From a virus: 64,000 bases of DNA. This document shows positions 38,627-48,097 of the stretch, in pieces (position 1 is the first letter of the stretch; each line of letters begins with the position of its first letter). The position numbers and the translations under genes were made by a program. The notes under the pieces are model-generated. The model was given only the letters and a program-made list of their open reading frames with translations, had not been told where the DNA came from and ran no database searches. Location: the IMG/VR virus record IMGVR_UViG_3300020045_002218, positions 32,001 through 96,000 of that record; one strand, written 5' to 3'.

Positions 38627-39645
38627 TGAGTGAAGAACAAGATATTCAAGTTGAAGATGTTCCAGATGAACAAGACTTCCTTAATATGTCTGATGAAGAA
38701 TTAGCTGCTGTTGATGTTAATTCTTTAGGTAAACCTATTCAAGAAGATACTTCAGAAGACACTCAGGAAGACACCTCAGAGGCTAATACAGTCGATTCTA
38801 TAGAAGAGGAAGCTCCTAGTGAGGAAATAGACTATAAGGCTGAATATGAACGTATTACAGCTCCCTTTAAAGCTAATGGAAAACAAGTGCAAGTTGCAAC
38901 TATTGAGGATGCACTAACACTTATGAAGATGGGTGCTAACTATCAAGAAAAGATGGTTGCTATTAAACCTCATCGTAAAACAAGTCAAAAACTAGCAGAT
39001 AATGGTATTGATGAGGAACAGCTTAATTACTTGATTGATCTCAAGAATAAGAATCCTCAAGCTATACAAAAGTTATTAAAAGAAAGTGGTATTGATCCAT
39101 TAGATATAGATACTTCAGAAGAAGTAAATTATAAACCAAACAACTACCAAGTAGATGATAAAACAATTGAGTTGAATGATGTACTGGAATCTATCCAACA
39201 TACTCCTCAGTTTGATACTACAGTAAAGATTCTTGGTTCACAGTGGGATCAACAAAGTAAAGAATATTTAAGTTCTAATCCTCAAACAATAGCTGTTTTG
39301 AATGAACAAATTGGTAATGGTATTTATGACACTATTGCTAAAGAAGTTTCAAACCAACGTATGTTAGGAAGACTTAATAATGTATCTGATTTAGATGCTT
39401 ATAGAACTGTAGGCGATTGGCTTAATGAGCAAGGTGTATTTAATAAAATACAACCTCAACAACAACCTGTTACTACAACTATACCTACTAAACCAGTACA
39501 AGATAATAAACAACGTAAACAAGCAGCAAGTATTACTAATAGTAAACCATCTACACCTAAAAAAGATTTAACAAATGTAGATTGGTTTAATTTAAGTGAT
39601 GAAGACTTTGCTGCTTTGGAAAAACAATTATTAAAACAGGTATAA
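38626..39645 (+). CDS. N4 gp57-like scaffold/tape-measure protein
   Basis: PFKANGK..LMKMGANY..KM; acidic N-terminus. Confidence 0.85.
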   Translation: MSEEQDIQVEDVPDEQDFLNMSDEELAAVDVNSLGKPIQEDTSEDTQEDTSEANTVDSIEEEAPSEEIDYKAEYERITAPFKANGKQVQVATIEDALTLMKMGANYQEKMVAIKPHRKTSQKLADNGIDEEQLNYLIDLKNKNPQAIQKLLKESGIDPLDIDTSEEVNYKPNNYQVDDKTIELNDVLESIQHTPQFDTTVKILGSQWDQQSKEYLSSNPQTIAVLNEQIGNGIYDTIAKEVSNQRMLGRLNNVSDLDAYRTVGDWLNEQGVFNKIQPQQQPVTTTIPTKPVQDNKQRKQAASITNSKPSTPKKDLTNVDWFNLSDEDFAALEKQLLKQV

Positions 39646-39648
39646 AAA

Positions 39649-41067
39649 ATGACGCAAGTTTATGGTAACGGAACAAACTCCTCTATTGGAGAACAACTTG
39701 TCACAGAACATTATGCAGAAGCACTTGTTCTAAAAGAGGTAGCTAAAAAAGAAGTATTTGGTAAATTAGCAAATACATTTAGAATGCCTAAAAATAAAGG
39801 TAAAACTATTGAGTTTTACCATTATATGCCTTTGTTAAGTGACATTAATATTAACGATCAAGGTATTGATGCAAATGGTTTAACTACCAGTTTTGAATCT
39901 ACTATTGAGATTAAAGATCCTGCATTGAAAAATGTAGGTAATGAATGGGTATCTTATTGGGCAGTAGGTAATCATGCTTCAGTAGATGCTACAGCTATTG
40001 TCAATGCAAAAGCTAAAGCAGTAGATATTTTTAAACGCTTAGGTGTATTTAATACTGACTATGCTACTACTAAAGCGGCATTACTAGCATTAACACCTCC
40101 TTGGGTTATTACAGAGAATGCTTCTGTTAATGGTTCAGGTAATCTTTATGGTAGTTCTAAAGATCCTACATATATTACCTCTAAAATGCCTGTATTGGGT
40201 GAATTAGGTGGGTATGTAAATAGAGTTGGGTCTAAACGTATTAAACTTACAGGTACATTTGCTAAATATGGTTTTTATACTCAGTGGAGTGAAGAATCAG
40301 AGTTGTTTGATACGGATGCTCAGTTAGCTGTACATCGTAGACGTGAAGTAATGTATGCTGCAAATGAGATTCAAGAAGATTTATTACAAATTGACTTGTT
40401 GAACTCTGCTGGTGTAGTTATCTATGGTGGTAGTGCAACATCTAAAGCTACTATTACAGGTGAAGTTGGTTCAGTATCTACATTAACTTATGATGATTTT
40501 GTTAAGTTAGATATTCAATTAGATATTAATAGATGTCCTCGTAATACTACTGTTGTTACTGGTAGTAAAATGACTGATACTAAAACTATTAACTCAGCTA
40601 GATTTATGTATGTAGCTCCTCAAGTAGTTTCTCAATTGACGAAGATGGTAGATAATTTTGGTTTACCTGCATTGACTGAGTATCGTCATTATGCAGATAG
40701 AGTTACTGAAGTAGGTGATGAGTTAGGTAGTATCAGAGGTTTCAGAATCATTGTACATCAAGAAATGATGGTATTTGAGGGTGCAGGTGCAACTGTATCT
40801 AATAATGCTGGTTATATGCAAACTGGTGGTAAATATGATGTATATCCTCTGTTAGTAGTTGGAGATGAATCATTTACTACTATTGGTTTCAAAACTGGTG
40901 GTAAAGGTAGTAAAGTTGAGATTCATACATTTGAACCTAAATCACAAGTAAGTTTTGCTAATGATCCTTATGGCTCATCTGGTTTCACTAGCCTCCAGTG
41001 GTATTATGGTTTTTGCTGTTTCAAACCAGAACGGATAGCGATGCTTTTGACAGTGGCAGAGTATTGA
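39649..41067 (+). CDS. major capsid protein (N4 gp56-like)
   Basis: MPK..GKTI, NDQGID, GNLYGSSKD, EDLLQIDLL, DPYG..GF.S.QWYYG. Confidence 0.95.
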   Translation: MTQVYGNGTNSSIGEQLVTEHYAEALVLKEVAKKEVFGKLANTFRMPKNKGKTIEFYHYMPLLSDININDQGIDANGLTTSFESTIEIKDPALKNVGNEWVSYWAVGNHASVDATAIVNAKAKAVDIFKRLGVFNTDYATTKAALLALTPPWVITENASVNGSGNLYGSSKDPTYITSKMPVLGELGGYVNRVGSKRIKLTGTFAKYGFYTQWSEESELFDTDAQLAVHRRREVMYAANEIQEDLLQIDLLNSAGVVIYGGSATSKATITGEVGSVSTLTYDDFVKLDIQLDINRCPRNTTVVTGSKMTDTKTINSARFMYVAPQVVSQLTKMVDNFGLPALTEYRHYADRVTEVGDELGSIRGFRIIVHQEMMVFEGAGATVSNNAGYMQTGGKYDVYPLLVVGDESFTTIGFKTGGKGSKVEIHTFEPKSQVSFANDPYGSSGFTSLQWYYGFCCFKPERIAMLLTVAEY

Positions 41068-41156
41068 TCAGTAAGGAATTGTAAATCTATTTAGGGTTTA
41101 CTCTTACAAAGATAATATGGTACTATACCCTTTTCTAAACAACTAGGTATAGTATC

Positions 41157-41774
41157 ATGTTTCTAATCCAAAAATTACCATCAAAAGAAGTAACCAGTAA
41201 AACTGGTATTGTTAAAATGAGATCACAAGGACTGTTCAAATGTCCTGTATGTAAGAAAGAAGTTATCAAAGATATTGATAATGGAAGAAAGATAGAAACA
41301 TGTAGTAAACAATGTAGAATATACCCAGATCTTAAACATGGAATGTGTGGTACTCCACTTCATAATATATGGAGAAGTATGAAAGGTAGATGTGACAGTA
41401 ACTCTGTAAACTCTATTAATTATAAATACTATGCTGGTAAAGGGATTACATACCAAGAATCTTGGAAAGAATTTAATAATTTTTTAGTTGATATGGGAGG
41501 TTCTTATAAACCAGGATTATCAATTGATAGAATAGATCCAAAAGGTAACTACACAAAAGAGAACTGCCAATGGATTACATTAGAAGAGAATTTGCGAAAA
41601 GATCAGATTAGACCTATATATAAATACACTAAAGAAGGTGCTTATGTATGTTCTTATGAATCAGTAGCAGAAGCAGTATTAGCAGGTGAAGCTCCATTTA
41701 GTTCTAGTCTCTCAAGAGTAGCAAGAGGGGAAAGAACTCATTATAAGGGTTACGTCTGGAAATACGAAGAGTAA
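41157..41774 (+). CDS. free-standing HNH-like endonuclease with NUMOD1-like C-terminus
   Basis: W..MK.RC..Y..KGI..SIDRID..GNY..ENC.W; YES..EA..YKGYVW. Confidence 0.85.
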   Translation: MFLIQKLPSKEVTSKTGIVKMRSQGLFKCPVCKKEVIKDIDNGRKIETCSKQCRIYPDLKHGMCGTPLHNIWRSMKGRCDSNSVNSINYKYYAGKGITYQESWKEFNNFLVDMGGSYKPGLSIDRIDPKGNYTKENCQWITLEENLRKDQIRPIYKYTKEGAYVCSYESVAEAVLAGEAPFSSSLSRVARGERTHYKGYVWKYEE

Positions 41775-41909
41775 TACAAAGTATAGACTCAACAGAGAAA
41801 GTGCCTAGAATCGAAGATTTGATGCCTCTCTGTTAATGTTTATAGATAGTCAGGATATTCGTATCCATTGCCGTAGGAATGACCTACATAATTTAAAGAG
41901 AATTAAACC

Positions 41910-42470
41910 ATGACAGAAATAGAACAAGAAGAGCTTACCCTATTAAAAGAGAGAGCTAATTTAATGGGTATTCAGTATCATCCTAGTATTGGGTTAGGTA
42001 CTTTAAGGGACAAAGTAAAAGCTGCATTAGATTTAGATGCTTCATCTAAACCACAAGATACAACATCAGTTGATATGTCTGAGTTTGTAGAAACACTAGG
42101 ACAAAAGAAAGCAAGACTTAAGAAGGAAGCAGAGAAATTAGTTAGAATTAGAATCTCTTGTATGAATCCTTCTAAAGCAGAAATTCCAGGTGAAGTTGTT
42201 TGTGTAGGTAACAAGTTCATAGGACAAATTACTCAATATGTACCCTTTAACAATGAACCAATTCATGTAAGAAAAATTATTTTAGATAGATTACAAGAAA
42301 GAACATATACACATCATTACACAGCACAAGGTAAATCTGGTAAAGATGAAAGTAAAAACAAACAAGTAAGAGAATTTAATATTGAAATTCTTTCTTTCTT
42401 AACAGAAGAAGAAATTAAAGATTTAGCTCATCAACAAGCTATTACAGATAGATTGAAAGACGGAGATTAA
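41910..42470 (+). CDS. N4 gp55-like protein
   Basis: LK.RA..MGI.Y..IG..TL; KLVRIRI.CMNP.K. Confidence 0.85.
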   Translation: MTEIEQEELTLLKERANLMGIQYHPSIGLGTLRDKVKAALDLDASSKPQDTTSVDMSEFVETLGQKKARLKKEAEKLVRIRISCMNPSKAEIPGEVVCVGNKFIGQITQYVPFNNEPIHVRKIILDRLQERTYTHHYTAQGKSGKDESKNKQVREFNIEILSFLTEEEIKDLAHQQAITDRLKDGD

Positions 42471-42471
42471 A

Positions 42472-43512
42472 ATGACTATTTTAGCAGCAGAAGTAACTGC
42501 TTTATTTGATCCATTAATGGCTTCTATTAAAGAGAAGCTTGATGTACTTGCAACTGAAAATCATTTAAAAGGAGTTGCGTATGATACTGTGTATTCAGAA
42601 GCTCTTTCTAATGCTTTACAACAAGTAGTTCAGTTAATTATTGGTACAGATCAAAGAGCATTAACTGCTGCTAAAGTTCTTACAGAGAATCAAACCAAGT
42701 TAAATCTTATTGCAGAGCATGACGGTATTGTAGCTAGTACAGCTAAGACAGATGCTGAAAGAATTAAAGTTGAGGCAGAAACATTACTTGTACCTAAACA
42801 AGGAGCATTATTAGATCAAGAACTACTTAATGCAGTTGCTGAAAAAGCAAGTATTCAAGCTAAAACAGCTACTTTAGTTGCTGAGTTAGAAAATATACCT
42901 AAACAAGGGAGATTAATAGAATCTCAAATTATTGGTTCAGGATACGAAAATCAATTAAAGCATCAACAAGGCTTAAATTTAGCTGCTGAAGCTATCTTAA
43001 TACCTAAACAAGGAAATCTATTAGATCAACAAGTTTTACAGAGTAAAGGTGAAGTATCCTTAATTCCTAAGAAATCTCAATTAATGGATGCACAAATAGT
43101 AGAATTACTTAATAGAGGACAAAATTTAGCTCTTGAAGCAATTAAATTAGGATATGAAGGGGATAATTTAAAATTGCAAGGGGATAATTTAAAGATACAA
43201 GGAGATATAGCTACACAAGAACTTGCCCTTAAAAAATTAGAAGAGCAAAATATTGGTGCAGAACGTAAACAAATTCTTACAAATGCAGAAGTAAATAGAG
43301 CTAATGCTAAGAGAATAACAATGGAAACAAATCAAAGGAAACAAGAAAGTGCAGTAAAAGCGTTCGACATAGTATCACAAAGTCATAACGTTTTCTTAGC
43401 ACATACACCAGGAGCTATTTCAGGATTTACAGATCAAACATTAACTATGTATGCTAATAAGGCTTTTGAGTTAATAGATGAAGATAGTATAAAACTACAA
43501 TTATTTACATAA
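42472..43512 (+). CDS. N4 gp54-like structural protein
   Basis: FD.LM start; repeated IPKQGxLLD units. Confidence 0.7.
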   Translation: MTILAAEVTALFDPLMASIKEKLDVLATENHLKGVAYDTVYSEALSNALQQVVQLIIGTDQRALTAAKVLTENQTKLNLIAEHDGIVASTAKTDAERIKVEAETLLVPKQGALLDQELLNAVAEKASIQAKTATLVAELENIPKQGRLIESQIIGSGYENQLKHQQGLNLAAEAILIPKQGNLLDQQVLQSKGEVSLIPKKSQLMDAQIVELLNRGQNLALEAIKLGYEGDNLKLQGDNLKIQGDIATQELALKKLEEQNIGAERKQILTNAEVNRANAKRITMETNQRKQESAVKAFDIVSQSHNVFLAHTPGAISGFTDQTLTMYANKAFELIDEDSIKLQLFT

Positions 43513-43513
43513 T

Positions 43514-46500
43514 ATGTCATCCTTAGCTGTAGCAATAAATTTAATAAATAATCCAAGAGATTTCTTTAAAGATGCTATTTTAAGAGGTCAATCTGGTTAT
43601 GGAATAAATAATGCACTATTATTTTCTACCGTAACCAGATTTACTAATAAATTAAATAAAGTATATTCATTAATTAAAAATAAAAATAATGAAACAGTAA
43701 ATCAATTTCCTTATGGTATGTGTAATGCTTATATTTCTGATTCTTATATTGATTTTGCTGAATTAGAGAAAGATTGTCGTAAATTTATTAAAGATCAAAA
43801 GATAGAAGTATTAGATTACCTTAAACAATTAGATAAGTTTTTATCTAAAGCTTATGCTGATAGAAATGGTGAAGCATTACAAACTGAATTAAATAATATT
43901 AATGCTATGCCTGATGATCCTGAACCAAGTGAAGGTAATCCTAATCCTTCACATCCTAAAGCTGATGCTTTAAAAGTGTTCTATGATAAATTAGAGAATG
44001 AAGATAATTCTTATATGATTAAAGAATTAGAATCTTTAGAAGATGCTTATTTTTTAGAATTAGAAATAGCTAAACTACAAGTTGATTTGGAAATATTATC
44101 TGATCCTAAAAATCAAAAAGAATTACAAAATAAACAAAAAAAGTATGACAAAATTAAAGATGATAATCCAGATAATAGTATACTTAAAACTTTATATTTA
44201 GATCAATTAAAATTAATTACTGAAAACGAAAAAAAATATTCAGATACAATTTATAAATTATCTAGTATAGATGAACAAAAATTTACTATAGTTAAAGATG
44301 CAGAATATCTATCTGAACAAGATTATCAAAAAAAAATAAATGCTATAAATCAACAAAAAATAATACATGAATCATTTATATTAGAAAATAAAAAAGAATA
44401 TAAAAAATTATATGATTTACTTATGATTTATCGTGTAGCTAATACTGGCATTTTATCATTAAAAATGTTTGATACTGAAGGACATCCAATAATATTAGAA
44501 GGAATAGAACAAGGAATAATTTCTAAAAATAAAGAAGATATTAAAAAACAAGAAGAATTTATTAATGAACCTTATCTTGAAATATCGTATGTATCTCTTA
44601 ATACACATACTGAAAACATTATCCATAATATAAAACAAAGAAAATATGGTAATTCTATGTTTTGGGCTATTCGTATGCACAAAATATTTGCTAATAAAGA
44701 TTGCTTATATGCAGGTTTTAGTAGAAATATAAAGAATATTAATATATCTAAAGTGTTTTTAGCTAAACATAGGGATATATATGAAATAGATCCTAATGTA
44801 TTTTTTGAAGAAGTATATGTTTCAGATGATCCTAAAATATCAGTCTTATGTCATATAAAAAAAAATACTAATCCAACTCAATATGGCATATTTATGCTAA
44901 CAAAAGATGATAGTCCATATTTAAAAATCCTATCAGAAAAAAAAGAAAAAATACTAAAAGATAAAAATACAAATAAACCTTTAGAATTTTATCCAATGAT
45001 TCCTATTAGAGAATTAAATAAAAATTTAATTGAAAAAGAATCTAAACTCAAAAATTCTTGTGAAGAATTATTAAGAAATTTATATATAAATATTAATGCT
45101 ATATCATCTGCAATAGATAAAATAGGAAAACAAAAAATATCTATAATTTGTCATGGAACATTTATAATGAATTACCTTAAAGAAAGATACAAGGTATATA
45201 GTAATATGCTCCTAAGATCTTATTTTAGTAAAAATGATTCAACACAAATTTTCTTAGATTACTTTGAAAATCTTCCAGATAAAAATAATAGAATCAATAC
45301 AAAAAATACAGATGTAGATTCTATTTTAAAGGATATTTATTTAGCTTTTGGAATATCTATAGATAATTTTGATTTAGCCAGTACAAAATATCTTTACACT
45401 TTTTTTGAAACAGTAGCATTGCAATGTAACATAGATAAAGAAAAATTTTTAAAATATGTAGATGATCAAGAAAAAAATAACATACATAAAAATGCAAATT
45501 GTTATTTTTTACAAAATTTCTTATCAATTAGAAATACACATTTTAAAACTGATCTATGTTTTAATTATATTGAAAAAGAGACATTTTCTGGTGTATTAGA
45601 TAAATTTAATACGACATATATAATAATGAATCCGCCTGCTAATACATATAACAAGTTTTATGATATTTGGGATACTGCATCACAAGAATTTCATGGTAAA
45701 AATTCAGATCATTTTACTGCACATTTTAAGATAGATTATTCTAATAATATACTAAAAATTTATCTTCAAATAGATTCACAAACATATTCAGTAATATCTG
45801 TTCACGGGTTATACATAGTATATAGTAGAAGATATACTAAACCTTTAGAATATATAAAAGAAACTGATAGAGCTACAGGATATTATTCTAAAGATATAAA
45901 AAATAGATCATATAGAGCTAAAAGTGATAGAATATTTTATCATTTAGGGTACTATTCTTTTAAAAAAGATACACAAATAGCTCAAGTAAATGGTATTGTA
46001 CCTAAAGAAAATAAAGATTTGAGTAATTTTATTATTCCTTTATGGCATCATGATATTACTGAACCTAGTTATGTACAAAAAGATACTTTATATTCTGTTA
46101 ATGATGTAAACAATACACTTCAAAAATCTATAAATTTACTTATATTTGGTGATTTACAACCAAATCAAATAGCAAATGTACCTGAAAAAACAGATTACTT
46201 TGTTCCAGAAGAGCATCAAGTCGAAGTTATTCAATCTTGTTTAGATTCATTTGTAAGTAAATTTAATAAATTTGAAACATATAATAACTTTATGTCAAAC
46301 TCTTCAAATATAGATAAACAAAGTTATAATGATCTATTTTTTAATATAGGAATTAATCCTAATGTATCAGCGTATTGTAATGTACCTCCTACAGCAAATA
46401 ATGCAACATATATGGTAGGTCAAAGTAAAGTATCTTTTAATATATCATCACAATTAATGAATAATAAATATACCTTTTATTTTGAAACTCTAAGCCAAGA

Positions 46501-46549
46501 GAATAGAATATTTGGAAATATAAAAAACAATAAATTTAATTTTAATTAA
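43514..46549 (+). CDS. N4 gp53-like structural protein (divergent)
   Basis: Position; FYP.IPIR motif. Confidence 0.55.
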   Translation: MSSLAVAINLINNPRDFFKDAILRGQSGYGINNALLFSTVTRFTNKLNKVYSLIKNKNNETVNQFPYGMCNAYISDSYIDFAELEKDCRKFIKDQKIEVLDYLKQLDKFLSKAYADRNGEALQTELNNINAMPDDPEPSEGNPNPSHPKADALKVFYDKLENEDNSYMIKELESLEDAYFLELEIAKLQVDLEILSDPKNQKELQNKQKKYDKIKDDNPDNSILKTLYLDQLKLITENEKKYSDTIYKLSSIDEQKFTIVKDAEYLSEQDYQKKINAINQQKIIHESFILENKKEYKKLYDLLMIYRVANTGILSLKMFDTEGHPIILEGIEQGIISKNKEDIKKQEEFINEPYLEISYVSLNTHTENIIHNIKQRKYGNSMFWAIRMHKIFANKDCLYAGFSRNIKNINISKVFLAKHRDIYEIDPNVFFEEVYVSDDPKISVLCHIKKNTNPTQYGIFMLTKDDSPYLKILSEKKEKILKDKNTNKPLEFYPMIPIRELNKNLIEKESKLKNSCEELLRNLYININAISSAIDKIGKQKISIICHGTFIMNYLKERYKVYSNMLLRSYFSKNDSTQIFLDYFENLPDKNNRINTKNTDVDSILKDIYLAFGISIDNFDLASTKYLYTFFETVALQCNIDKEKFLKYVDDQEKNNIHKNANCYFLQNFLSIRNTHFKTDLCFNYIEKETFSGVLDKFNTTYIIMNPPANTYNKFYDIWDTASQEFHGKNSDHFTAHFKIDYSNNILKIYLQIDSQTYSVISVHGLYIVYSRRYTKPLEYIKETDRATGYYSKDIKNRSYRAKSDRIFYHLGYYSFKKDTQIAQVNGIVPKENKDLSNFIIPLWHHDITEPSYVQKDTLYSVNDVNNTLQKSINLLIFGDLQPNQIANVPEKTDYFVPEEHQVEVIQSCLDSFVSKFNKFETYNNFMSNSSNIDKQSYNDLFFNIGINPNVSAYCNVPPTANNATYMVGQSKVSFNISSQLMNNKYTFYFETLSQENRIFGNIKNNKFNFN

Positions 46550-46558
46550 GGAAAAGAA

Positions 46559-47170
46559 ATGGATACTAATTACTCATGGTTTACACAGCCATCAACACGA
46601 AACAGAGGTTCTTCTAAACCTAATCCAGATGAAATATCTCTAATAGATTCTTTAAGTAGTTGGTTTCTAAATCCAGCACAGAATAATAGAGGTATGTCTA
46701 CACAAGAAGCTAATCAACAATATAATCCTCCATCAATTCAAAATGGTAAACTTGTAGCAGGAACTCCTATGGAAGGATCTATTCCTCAATTACAACCTCA
46801 AATAGCTAATGCTTTTGATGGTGTAGCACAAATGAATTTAGATCATCAACAACTACAAAATACTAATGATCCTTTTTCTTCTCAAGCTTTAAAACAATTA
46901 TCTCAACAAGAAATTACTCAAAGGTTATTTCCTAATTCACAAACACAACAACTTAAAACAAATATCTTAGGTGAACAAATACCTATGAATCAATTACCTA
47001 AAGGTTCGGGTTATGTTAATGGTAAATTATTTGATTCTAACAAACAATCTCCTCAAGGAATGTTTACTGGATATAGTAAAGAAAGAGATGCTTCTTTAGA
47101 TAGTTATGGTAAAGTAGATAAAAATTCTGATTTCTATAAAAGAAATAAAAAAGCTATGGAGAATCTGTAA
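46559..47170 (+). CDS. internal virion/ejection protein
   Basis: Q/N-rich; precedes vRNAP. Confidence 0.55.
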   Translation: MDTNYSWFTQPSTRNRGSSKPNPDEISLIDSLSSWFLNPAQNNRGMSTQEANQQYNPPSIQNGKLVAGTPMEGSIPQLQPQIANAFDGVAQMNLDHQQLQNTNDPFSSQALKQLSQQEITQRLFPNSQTQQLKTNILGEQIPMNQLPKGSGYVNGKLFDSNKQSPQGMFTGYSKERDASLDSYGKVDKNSDFYKRNKKAMENL

Positions 47171-48096
47171 TGAGAAGAAATAATGTAATTATGCAACCTT
47201 CAGCAATGCCTTTTACTACTCAACAACCTGAATATGTACAAGACTTAAGTCAAATATTTGCAGAACAAAATGCTAGAAATCAACAAGCAAATGCTGTTAA
47301 TAATAAAATAGATCAACAACAAAGAAGAGGTTCTGACTTAACTCAGTTAGATGAATTGATTGCTATTCAAGATAGGTATAAAGCAAGAAAGAATGCTGAA
47401 ATGCAAACACCTATGTATAAAGAAGATCAAGCTAAAGAATTAGCACAAGCTCTTCTAGGCACGAAACAGGTTGAGTCTATGAGTTATGGTGGTAATCCCA
47501 TTAAACAGTCTCCTGATGGAAAATATTGGCTTGAGAACGGACAGGAAGTAACTGACGTAGCAAACATTCAAACTAATAATAAATATGATCCTATTACAGG
47601 ATCATTAGAAGCTTTAAAATCTGGTAATCCTTTAGCTCTTCAAGCATTACAAGAACAAATGAAACCTAAAGCAGGTATGGATTTAGCAGATAGAATGTTA
47701 TTAGCACAACAACAAGCTAACTATAAAAAAGATATTGCGGATGCTAAACCAAAGAAAGATACTGATCTTAAGCCCAAACAAATAGGGGATATGCTTACTA
47801 ATCTTTTAGGTAAAAATCCTACAGATGAAGATAGAAGTATTTTAACTACACAACTCCAAAATGCAGATTCACCAGAAGCAAGAGATGCAATACTATCTGC
47901 TGCACAACAGTCAATAATAGAGCCATCATGGGGTAACAGTTTTAGAGGTGCATTAGCTGGAGCAGGTGTAGGTGGAGCAGCTACATTAGGAAATCCTTTA
48001 GGATTTTTAGGAGGAGGATTAATTGGAGCTACATTACCCTTAATGTCTAAAAGACACTTAAATCAAGATAAATTTACACAAGCAATGAAGGAATAA
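47170..48096 (+). CDS. internal virion/ejection protein
   Basis: Q-rich with C-terminal glycine-zipper segment. Confidence 0.6.
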   Translation: MRRNNVIMQPSAMPFTTQQPEYVQDLSQIFAEQNARNQQANAVNNKIDQQQRRGSDLTQLDELIAIQDRYKARKNAEMQTPMYKEDQAKELAQALLGTKQVESMSYGGNPIKQSPDGKYWLENGQEVTDVANIQTNNKYDPITGSLEALKSGNPLALQALQEQMKPKAGMDLADRMLLAQQQANYKKDIADAKPKKDTDLKPKQIGDMLTNLLGKNPTDEDRSILTTQLQNADSPEARDAILSAAQQSIIEPSWGNSFRGALAGAGVGGAATLGNPLGFLGGGLIGATLPLMSKRHLNQDKFTQAMKE

Positions 48097-48097
48097 T

